Position numbers and translations under genes: made by a program. A stretch of 64,000 nucleotides of DNA, taken from IMG/VR virus record IMGVR_UViG_3300031576_000464, positions 4,811 to 68,810 of that record; one strand, given 5' to 3'. Source of the stretch: a virus. Its lineage: Duplodnaviria > Caudoviricetes. The notes under the pieces were generated by a model. That model searched no databases, had not been told where the DNA came from, and was given only the letters and a program-made list of their open reading frames with translations. Positions 26,612 through 35,026 of this stretch are shown here, piece by piece (position 1 is the stretch's first letter; each line of letters opens with the position of its first letter).

Positions 26612-27994
26612 TTACCCAAAAATAGCCTTTTGTATGTTTTTTCCTATATCCATAACATGCCAATTATCTCCTGAAGATACAGCTCTACAGGCCAAAACAA
26701 GAGCCGAGGGGTAGTCATCATGTACTTCAGATTTGATTTTAAGCTGTCCTGACTCTGTATATTCTCTCTTGAGATAACCTAATTGATAAATCATTTTATC
26801 TATATTCTTAATCTTTACTCTATGATTTTCAAATAATACTCTTAGGTCTGAATACATCTTTGCCTTCTCCTGTAATGACCACATAACTCCTCTTATTGGT
26901 AAGTCTTGTTTCCTTCCCAAATCCACAACTCCTCCACCAAGACCAGTTTCATCTACATATATGGTCTCAGCACGATACTTTCTATAATATTCACCCATTC
27001 TTCCCACAACATCTACAAGGTTACTCTGTGCTTCGGAATATGTTTCCACTATATAACAAACATCATTTTTATCTATGGCTAATACAACAAATACGGTTTC
27101 ATCTCTACCACTCCTCGCTACATCAACACCTATTACATATCTAACATCATCTGGTGTCTTGGCATCTGATATTGCTTCCATTAAAAGTGAGTTTGGTATT
27201 AGGGCATCACCAATATCTAGAAACTCTCCCTCAACTTCCATTACATATTCTTCCTGTGCTAGATTCTTTACTTCATCTACAAATACCTGGTTGTCTTGTA
27301 CTAACGGACTCCTAAGAGAAGATACATGAAACTCACGCCATAGTCCATCTGCCTTACGTGGGCGGGAATTCATACATGCTTCATAGAAATAACTATTCTT
27401 GGCAAATGGAGTAGATGTCAACCATACCCTCGCCTTTGTTGCCAATCCTGATGGTAAGAAGGCTCTAAGTATACTAGTCTTAATGAAAGAACATTCATCT
27501 GCTATGATAATATGTGGTGAATATCCTCTTAATGTAATACCGGTTTCTCCTGTAGCGCGTGTTACTATTCTTGATACACCACTTCCATCTAGAAAAGACA
27601 CCCATATCTCTGACTGAGTATTGCGTACAATATATCCCTTAAGAAATTCACTTCCTTCTATGAGTTGTCTTATACGATTGAACATAATGGCTGACTGATT
27701 TTGTGTTGGTGCTGCTATAAGAATGGTGCATTCTTTTTCTACTGTATCTAAAAGAGTTGGTGCAAAGAAGGCAAAATGTATGGCTTTTACTGCAGTTGTT
27801 GTGGTCTTTCCCGCCTGACGTCCGGAACGATATACAATAAACCTATCTGTACAGTCTGCATATTCGGCATTATATGGAAATAGTTCTAAACCCAAAAATA
27901 TCTTAGAGAACAGGCTAGGCTTCTTGGCACATTCAAATATGGTATTAACAAATGCCTCCCGTTCCTCTAGAATATCTTTATCTGGTCGGGCCAT
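26612..27994 (-). CDS. terL: Terminase large subunit
   Basis: SGRQAGKTT, IIIADEC, LTSTP, GVDVARSGRD.T, VDETGLG.GV.D, HDD. Confidence 0.95.
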   Translation of the reverse strand: MARPDKDILEEREAFVNTIFECAKKPSLFSKIFLGLELFPYNAEYADCTDRFIVYRSGRQAGKTTTTAVKAIHFAFFAPTLLDTVEKECTILIAAPTQNQSAIMFNRIRQLIEGSEFLKGYIVRNTQSEIWVSFLDGSGVSRIVTRATGETGITLRGYSPHIIIADECSFIKTSILRAFLPSGLATKARVWLTSTPFAKNSYFYEACMNSRPRKADGLWREFHVSSLRSPLVQDNQVFVDEVKNLAQEEYVMEVEGEFLDIGDALIPNSLLMEAISDAKTPDDVRYVIGVDVARSGRDETVFVVLAIDKNDVCYIVETYSEAQSNLVDVVGRMGEYYRKYRAETIYVDETGLGGGVVDLGRKQDLPIRGVMWSLQEKAKMYSDLRVLFENHRVKIKNIDKMIYQLGYLKREYTESGQLKIKSEVHDDYPSALVLACRAVSSGDNWHVMDIGKNIQKAIFG

Positions 27995-28090
27995 TCTCCA
28001 TCGCCTTATTCATACATTCCATATGTGCATACTCTCCAGTGGAACATTTCTTTTGACAAAAATAACACAATCCATCTCTATATATTGCCA

Positions 28091-28609
28091 TTATGATTTT
28101 ACCATATTACCCTTTAACATTCTAAATACAGAGTCTAAATCTCCACGCTCATTAAAGTGTTTTTTCTCTGTTACTACTATTTTATTGTTAAGTTCGTTTA
28201 TCACTTTAACCACATTCATTAGATTGTTAATCTGTTGGGTTGTACCCCTATCTGGAATATTTCCATCCATCTTAGATTGATAAAGTGCCATTAGAAGGTC
28301 TTCAAGAGATAATTTTGCTATCATGTCCAGCATACTCTTCAAGTCTTCTGGGTCCCTTGTGTCTAGGGCATTTATAAATTTAAGAAAGTCTTTTCGTATA
28401 GCACAAACAGCCCCTTCCTCGTACTTTGGACACTTTCCATTCCCACCCATATCTACAGAACGATAAACACAGTCATCGCACTTTGCTGGGAGGTTGGCAT
28501 ATTTTAGATTCTTTACACTATTGAATGGGCTAACTGTCTTATGTTTATTAAGTACAAGTTTTGCCTTATCATCTATAGGTATGATTTGAAATATGTCTTC
28601 TTCAACCAT
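28091..28609 (-). CDS. Putative terminase small subunit (Zn-finger plus helical)
   Basis: Position directly upstream of terL; CDDC..C..C cluster. Confidence 0.5.
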   Translation of the reverse strand: MVEEDIFQIIPIDDKAKLVLNKHKTVSPFNSVKNLKYANLPAKCDDCVYRSVDMGGNGKCPKYEEGAVCAIRKDFLKFINALDTRDPEDLKSMLDMIAKLSLEDLLMALYQSKMDGNIPDRGTTQQINNLMNVVKVINELNNKIVVTEKKHFNERGDLDSVFRMLKGNMVKS

Positions 28610-28610
28610 T

Positions 28611-28820
28611 TTACATCGCCAAATATGTATTTATAGTACTTTGTATGTTTACTCCGGTTTTAGATAAAATATCAGCTTTAAGTTGTTTAATTTTCTTAAG
28701 ATAACCTATGCAATCAACCGCCTGTCTCATTATATTACCATCCTCTCCTGGGTGTTTGTTCGTCATAAATGTCTCCAAAAGTTCTAATCTAGTTTGAAGA
28801 TATTCATCATCTGCAGCCAT
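28611..28820 (-). CDS. Hypothetical protein
   Basis: Leaderless start; first gene of the terminase operon. Confidence 0.55.
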   Translation of the reverse strand: MAADDEYLQTRLELLETFMTNKHPGEDGNIMRQAVDCIGYLKKIKQLKADILSKTGVNIQSTINTYLAM

Positions 28821-28866
28821 GATAAATTGTGGTAAGACTTATATTTAAGTTTGTTTGAGTAATTGT

Positions 28867-29837
28867 ATGACATTAACCAACGAGAGTGGAACTCTTCCCG
28901 CCAGGGGTTTTTGTGATGTTTGTAATAAAGACAGGATTTTAAGTAGATGTGATATACATACAGAAACACATGGAAAATGTTATAGATGTCACCTTTCAGA
29001 ATTTCATTTAAACAAGGAGGAATTAGTAAAATGATTAACAATACCAACACAACTTTGGATATAGGTGCTTATTTCCATTGTAAAAAATGTATGATAGGTA
29101 GATTGGCGGTTGGGTGGACAAAAAAAGGCTTACAAGTTTGGTGTGAGAATTGTAATCTCAATGTACTTAATTTAGATTTTAAAGGACAAAAGGTGGATGC
29201 TGTATGACAGGTACAACTATATGCAAACATCATGTTATATTTAGAGAATCACTACCACAGAATAGTAAGTGGTATTGCAGAACGTGTTTTATGGAGGTTA
29301 AGAATCATGACAAGTACAACTAAGAGTCAATGTCGACATATTGAATTAAAAAAGATAAGAAGTTCACAATATGAATGTAGTTCTTGTCATAGAACCACAG
29401 TAGCATACTTCGATGAACCTGTAAAAGGTGTGTGTGATTTAGTTTGACAGATGCACTAGAACGTAAAAACATCCAAGACATTATACCAGACAGATATATC
29501 ATAAAACAAGATAATATTTCATTTGCAGGATTAGATTATGAGGTGTGGAAAGTACAACCACCAATTTTTAGCGACCAAGTAGAAACATTATTAGAGAATA
29601 GTTATATGTTGTTCATTGATGACAGAAGAGAAATTTTTATTGAAAAATTAATAAATCCTAGTCCAAAACAACTTCAAGAAAATAAACATTTTTGGCGTGA
29701 ATTGAGAAATAAAATTGATTAGCAATACATCTCACATAAAATATAAAAATTTACATGATATAAATCATAAATCAAAGATGGTTAGAGAGTGTGAATTATG
29801 TCAAATCGAAATGTCAATAATGACTGGAAGTTGGTAA
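28867..29837 (+). other. Island of six coupled micro-ORFs (28867-29034, 29031-29207, 29204-29323, 29307-29447, 29444-29722, 29715-29837)
   Basis: Manually translated; ATGA/TTGA overlaps; five of six carry CxxC motifs; opposite strand to flanking genes. Confidence 0.65.
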
Positions 29838-29871
29838 TGACTTCACACATAAAGAGTATTGAAAAAACAAG

Positions 29872-30619
29872 TCAAGTAAAGTTATAATTGTAAATTCCTA
29901 ATCCTTTGAATAGTGGTTTATAGTATATAGCTATAACTATCTTAAGTAAAGAAGAGTAGTCTCCCGCCAGGACTGATTTTATATCTATATTACAACTATT
30001 TAAATGTGTTTTGTATATTGAACATATATTCTGTACGGTTGATACTTCAGACCTTCCTTTTCTTCCGAAGGTTACGTGTTGTCCATTAGCTGTATCTGCC
30101 TTTCGTCCTATTACTGCTGACAACCAGTTTGAACTATCTATGCTTGTTATATTTGTATTTTTTATCCACCTTCCCTTGGCTAATCCATGATAACCAAAAG
30201 TTCTGGGAAGTTTTCTTATCTGTTCGTCCTCTTCTATATGTCCAGACATTTTTCCTAGTGCTACTAATGTATTTGCCAGTGGTTTTATTTGTGATAGGGC
30301 ATGAAGATAGTTTCCATGTAGAACTGGTATTAGGTTCTTTATCCCAGTACCCTGTTTGTATAGTTTTATTGTTTCCCACATGTTGTATGGTATATCTACT
30401 TGTATAGCATAATTATAATGGTCTTCTTTTTCTCGGAGGAAATCATAATAACTCTTAGGGTCTACTCCTTCCCCTGCATTTAACATCTTACGTTCAAAAT
30501 CAAATCTATCTATGTTGTCTCCTGTGAATTTGTATGTTAGCATAACGTTTTTTACTCCACATTCCTTCAGAGCGTCTGCCTGTGTTTTATTATTACAATT
30601 AAAGAAAAAAATACTTCAT
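29872..30619 (-). CDS. TGT/DpdA-like TIM-barrel protein, split by a one-base shift near its 5' end
   Basis: NVMLTY, IPVLHG, YHGLA, SIDSSNW resemble phage DpdA2-type transglycosylases; ATG 30619 overlaps upstream TGA but is out of frame by one base. Confidence 0.5.
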
Positions 30620-31386
30620 TTTAAAGTCACTCTCTCATCAGTAAAACACTTTATTGCGTGGGGACACATACCATCACACATAAAATTCTTAACTCTATTA
30701 GGAAGGAGTTTATCTCTAATATGTGTACGTATGTTTTCTGCACGTTCTTTCATAATTTCAAATGTTTTATCTGTATCAGTCAGTCTAAATGATTTTGGTG
30801 TTGGTGTATCCCTTTCATCTTGTGTGTTGTTGGAAATATACATGACACAGCCCCATTTTGACTCTATTCCCATACACTTTTCTAGTAGAACTTTATACAT
30901 ATTAATCTGAAATTTATGATTATCATTGGCGCTGGAACTGTCCTTTTTAAAATAGTCTATATGGCCAGTTGTCTTCTTATCACAGATAACATATTCATCA
31001 CCAATCTGCATTATATCGTCCACAGAACCATATATTATATCTAGTTGCCGAGGGTCGTCTTTTGGAATTTGTACGGCTTCTGCATAAGTTAAACTTTTAT
31101 CATTGATAAAATCGTATGCTAAAAACACTTCATGTAAACTACAGTTTGTCATATAACTATTACTGTGTACAAGTTGACCGAAGTAAAGAGACCTTATATC
31201 TTCTGTTGTTCCTCCTGAAGTTGGTTCCAGTTTATTATATACAACAAGGCGAGGGCATTCTTTTAATAAATCTGATACATGTATGATACCTAGACGCTCA
31301 GTTTCCATTGATTTTATTTGTGATTTACGAAATGCAAAATATATGTTATCTTCTATTTGTGACTTGTTTAGCATATTATAAATCAT
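30616..31386 (-). CDS. Cas4/AddB-like PD-(D/E)xK nuclease with Fe-S cluster ligands
   Basis: HVSDL..CPR, G..VH, GSVDD...ICDKKT, Q...Y, C...CP....C. Confidence 0.85.
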   Translation of the reverse strand: MIYNMLNKSQIEDNIYFAFRKSQIKSMETERLGIIHVSDLLKECPRLVVYNKLEPTSGGTTEDIRSLYFGQLVHSNSYMTNCSLHEVFLAYDFINDKSLTYAEAVQIPKDDPRQLDIIYGSVDDIMQIGDEYVICDKKTTGHIDYFKKDSSSANDNHKFQINMYKVLLEKCMGIESKWGCVMYISNNTQDERDTPTPKSFRLTDTDKTFEIMKERAENIRTHIRDKLLPNRVKNFMCDGMCPHAIKCFTDERVTLK

Positions 31387-31957
31387 TCTTTGGATTATTT
31401 ATACCTTTCTTATCATCTTTCCACTCTGCGTAAGGTCCGTTTTGGTCTACATAATGAAGGAATATCTGTGCTTGATGTTCTCCTTCAAATGGATAACGCC
31501 AATGAGATAAATCACACCCACGATATATAAGGGCATCACCCGCCTCAAGTTTGGCTTCTACCTTATCATCATTCTTATCTCTAATGAATATTGGCCAGGT
31601 TTCTCCTTCTCCATGTCCTAAACATAATGTAACACTTATTTCACATGATGGCCTATCTACATGCGATGCTAATATGTCTCCATTCTTGTATACTCTACAA
31701 TAACTATATGTTTTAAATAATTTTAACCCTGTATGTTTTTCCATTATTGGAAGAATTTTTTCATGTAAATCATCCATTCCTTGTAAACTATAAAATGAAG
31801 GAGTATTTGGTACTTGGTCATCATTATTCCATGGTTTTTCTTTTGATGCAGTCATTATAACATCATAAAATGGCTTAACGTCTATTACATTACGGATTAT
31901 TAATACACCATTTTTTTTAAACGATTCCAATCCAAATATTAGAGGAAAATCTTCCAC
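31376..31957 (-). CDS. 2OG-Fe(II) oxygenase
   Basis: Y.RVY..G..L..H.DR..CEISVT...GDAL.Y.G....HWR. Confidence 0.88.
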   Translation of the reverse strand: MEDFPLIFGLESFKKNGVLIIRNVIDVKPFYDVIMTASKEKPWNNDDQVPNTPSFYSLQGMDDLHEKILPIMEKHTGLKLFKTYSYCRVYKNGDILASHVDRPSCEISVTLCLGHGEGETWPIFIRDKNDDKVEAKLEAGDALIYRGCDLSHWRYPFEGEHQAQIFLHYVDQNGPYAEWKDDKKGINNPKNDL

Positions 31958-32564
31958 TACCCCAATCTTTAGGTGATTTTGTTGCTAAAACTCTATGTGC
32001 AACATTACCAGCAAAAACAAGACCCATATTATTTTCTGGTATTATGGTTATTATTTCTGCATTTTTATCTAATACTATACCATCATTTATGGGTGAATTA
32101 GTCAATTGTATTTCCCCACCAGTCCATTTCTTTGGATCTTTAAAGAAATAATAAACAAGGGTTATAAATCTAGACCTGTCACCTAGTTTATCTACATGAA
32201 AATCATATTTTTGACCAGAATAACCATATCTACTTACTTGTGTTTCATGTTTATTAGTTAAACTAAAATCTGCTAAGGGATAAGGTGAGGATGACATTAT
32301 AGACTTAAACATCATATCATTAAACAACTTATCTAAGTTTATTAATAAATCAGAACCCGTTCGGAAGTTCTTAAAATATTCATCATAATATATTACATGA
32401 TTAGTTCTAAAATCTTTCTTTGGAACATGCCCCACCGTTGTTGCCACTTTAAAATCCTTTTCTAGACTTATGGCTTCATCTAAAATCTTCTTGTTTACCT
32501 TCTCAGAGAATAAATTTTTTAGTTTTAAACAAAAAACTGGTCTACTTATTACTTCTACATCCAT
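31917..32564 (-). CDS. Prolyl-4-hydroxylase-like 2OG-Fe(II) oxygenase
   Basis: YDFHVD, GGEIQ, VF.G...HRV, GRF..N.W. Confidence 0.85.
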   Translation of the reverse strand: MDVEVISRPVFCLKLKNLFSEKVNKKILDEAISLEKDFKVATTVGHVPKKDFRTNHVIYYDEYFKNFRTGSDLLINLDKLFNDMMFKSIMSSSPYPLADFSLTNKHETQVSRYGYSGQKYDFHVDKLGDRSRFITLVYYFFKDPKKWTGGEIQLTNSPINDGIVLDKNAEIITIIPENNMGLVFAGNVAHRVLATKSPKDWGSGRFSSNIWIGIV

Positions 32565-32594
32565 AGGATTACATAATTAATGATATATATAAAT

Positions 32595-32825
32595 CTATTT
32601 AATTATTCCATTACTTATTCTTATTTTTATTACTTCATTTTCCATATATTCTGATAATTCTGCCCTCTTTTCCATTAGTTTAACTTTGAGGTTATATATT
32701 ATAATTGGTTGTGATAGTGGATTTTTATCTGGAGATATGGATTCTAACCCCTCAATTTCTTTTTTTAGGAATAAACAATGGTCTAGTTTCTCTATCATCA
32801 TTTTTTCAAATTCTTCTGTTATCAT
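32595..32825 (-). CDS. Hypothetical protein
   Basis: ATGA overlap with the Gly-rich gene. Confidence 0.55.
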   Translation of the reverse strand: MITEEFEKMMIEKLDHCLFLKKEIEGLESISPDKNPLSQPIIIYNLKVKLMEKRAELSEYMENEVIKIRISNGIIK

Positions 32826-34507
32826 ATACTTACCTTTAATATTAATCCTGTTCCAGGTGCTGCACTTCCTGAGTTACCTGCAGTTGTATTTCTCCCTCCA
32901 GCACCACCAGAAGCTGCTGGATTTGTTGGTCCTCCAGGACTTCCAGTGCTTGCAGCCGGAGCAGTTGTACCTGCTGCTCCTGCACCTCCTGGATTTACAG
33001 TAATGGTTGCACCGTTATCAGTTAAAGATTTATAATATAATATTATTACTCCTCCTCCGCCACCTCCACCGCCAGCACCTGGTCTTCCAGCTCCTCCTCC
33101 ACCACTTCCTCCAGCTGCATTAGCCGTTGGATTTGTTGTACCTCCATTTCCACCATTTGCTGCATTTCCTCCAGTACCTCCAATTGCTCCATTTGATGAT
33201 AGTGTTGTTCCTGACGCTAATACTATAGTTCTAGCAACAATACATAATGTGCCTCCTCCAGCACCACCTGGACCACCTCCACCACCACCGCCACCTCCGG
33301 CTCCTCCTCCAGAACCTCCTGCTGCCGGGGCCGGACCTCCGTTTCCACCTGTACCTCCTGGTGTACCTCCTGGTCCTGCTGTTCCTGCGGTTCCAGATGA
33401 ACCCCCAGTACCTCCAGTACCAGCTCCACTGGCACCTCCACCGCCACCTGCTCCGCCACCGCCACCGCCACCTCCGGCTCCTGTTATATTATCAACTGTA
33501 CCAAGATATGTTATTATATTATGAATTTTTAGACTCGTTGTTGTAGCAGCTCCTCCAGAACCTGGTCCTGCACCTACATTTCCTGCACCACCTGTACCAC
33601 CAGCATTTGCTGCTGTTGCTCCTCCTCCACCTCCTCCAGAAGAACCCTGACCTGTTCCGTTTCCACCAGCTCCTCCAGCACCGTTGGGTGTGGCTCCTGG
33701 AGTTCCACCAGAACCAGCTGCTGGTGTAGATGATAGACCACCAGCACCACCAGCACTTGATAATGTACTAGAAGATGAACCAGCTGAACCTGCAACCGCC
33801 CCAGCCGGAGCAGTTGTACCTGCTGCTCCTGCCGCTAATGCTACACCTGCAGCTCCAGCTCCTCCAGGACCTCCAGTTCCCCCTGAACCTCCTGAACCAC
33901 CTTTACCATTCGTATGTATTGTTCCTGTTCCATTCATGGTTAAAGTTCTCTTAACAAATATTATAAATGGTGAGTTTGCTTGTAGTATATGACCCGTATT
34001 TATAGTTAAATTATTATAAAATTTCATATTTGCTGTTCCGAAATCAGAGTTTCCAGATGTACTTAAATCCCCATCTGACCCATCACCAAATGCTGATTCG
34101 AATGATACAGCTGTTGTAATAACTCCTACATAATCAACGCTTGTAACATCAACCGTATTTGTTATTGCTCTACCTATTAATACAGAATCTGCCGGTAGTA
34201 CTCCTGTGGTGTTAAATGTAAATGCACATGATTCTGCTTCTCCAGCGTTCCTTGTAAATTGAAAATAAATATAATTTGTACTACTTGCAGTAAGCCCCGC
34301 TAGATTAAATATTGCATCATTGTTTAAATAAAGTCCTTTACATCTAGCCACTCCAACAGCAATATCTGTATCAAGTCCAGTTCCTGTTCCAAGAGTTAGA
34401 CCACTTACTACATAATCATTAAGGAATGCGAAATATTTTTCCCAATCAGAGGAAGCTACAAGTTTTGCTGATATTGTATCTGTTCTTGGTATTATTACTC
34501 TAGCCAT
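32822..34507 (-). CDS. Glycine-rich tail fibre/adhesin
   Basis: Fibre-type N-terminal domain then long GGAGG/GGGGG runs with Pro; located after tail-tip genes. Confidence 0.75.
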   Translation of the reverse strand: MARVIIPRTDTISAKLVASSDWEKYFAFLNDYVVSGLTLGTGTGLDTDIAVGVARCKGLYLNNDAIFNLAGLTASSTNYIYFQFTRNAGEAESCAFTFNTTGVLPADSVLIGRAITNTVDVTSVDYVGVITTAVSFESAFGDGSDGDLSTSGNSDFGTANMKFYNNLTINTGHILQANSPFIIFVKRTLTMNGTGTIHTNGKGGSGGSGGTGGPGGAGAAGVALAAGAAGTTAPAGAVAGSAGSSSSTLSSAGGAGGLSSTPAAGSGGTPGATPNGAGGAGGNGTGQGSSGGGGGGATAANAGGTGGAGNVGAGPGSGGAATTTSLKIHNIITYLGTVDNITGAGGGGGGGGAGGGGGASGAGTGGTGGSSGTAGTAGPGGTPGGTGGNGGPAPAAGGSGGGAGGGGGGGGGPGGAGGGTLCIVARTIVLASGTTLSSNGAIGGTGGNAANGGNGGTTNPTANAAGGSGGGGAGRPGAGGGGGGGGVIILYYKSLTDNGATITVNPGGAGAAGTTAPAASTGSPGGPTNPAASGGAGGRNTTAGNSGSAAPGTGLILKVSI

Positions 34508-34516
34508 TCATTTCAC

Positions 34517-34990
34517 CTATAAAGACAGTTGCCACTCAACTATCGCCCTCTTAGAAGAAGTTTTAACAAATGGTGTACCGTCAACCTGTCTTGCCCATAA
34601 AAGTGGGGAACCCTGATTATCCCTAATACCTAACTCATTCCATGTCCAATTAGCAACAGAATATCCAAAATCAGAACTTACAAACAATGTAGGTCTAACA
34701 TATACTTTATCTGATGCCGCCACGGTTTGCCATAATTTATTAGTGGAAGCCAATAAGTCTGTATCTGTAGCGCCGGCTGCGGTGGCACTATCTCCAACTC
34801 CTACATCATTAGCATAACCTCCTCCTGATATGTTACCTAAATATTTAAGTATGGAATCTTTTCCCACGTTAACAACGAGGTTTTTAATGAGTTTTTCTCC
34901 TATTTTATGCTCTACTCCGTTCTCGTCTTTCTCGAACATTATTATTTTAACATGACCATTTAGTGGAATGACTTCATTAGGCAAAGACAT
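34517..34990 (-). CDS. Tail-collar/baseplate fibre-attachment protein
   Basis: NLVV..G...VG.....A..TDT.L...W.E.G...K.S motif typical of tail-collar fibre proteins. Confidence 0.6.
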   Translation of the reverse strand: MSLPNEVIPLNGHVKIIMFEKDENGVEHKIGEKLIKNLVVNVGKDSILKYLGNISGGGYANDVGVGDSATAAGATDTDLLASTNKLWQTVAASDKVYVRPTLFVSSDFGYSVANWTWNELGIRDNQGSPLLWARQVDGTPFVKTSSKRAIVEWQLSL

Positions 34991-35026
34991 ATATTACCTT
35001 TATAAAAGGCTCTTATAAAAGATTTT

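Noticed and set aside
26612-26720. Inactive terminase (HDDYPS instead of HDDxxD)
   Set aside because: Other ATPase and nuclease motifs are intact and this position varies; not enough to call inactivation.
30616-31386. CRISPR-Cas locus
   Set aside because: Solo Cas4-like nuclease with no cas1/cas2 or array; common in archaeal viruses.
33223-33992. Pro-rich and other ORFs antisense to or overlapping the Gly-rich gene
   Set aside because: Shadow frames of GGA/GGT codon runs.
32822-34507. Collagen-like protein
   Set aside because: No sustained Gly-X-Y periodicity; runs are polyglycine-type.
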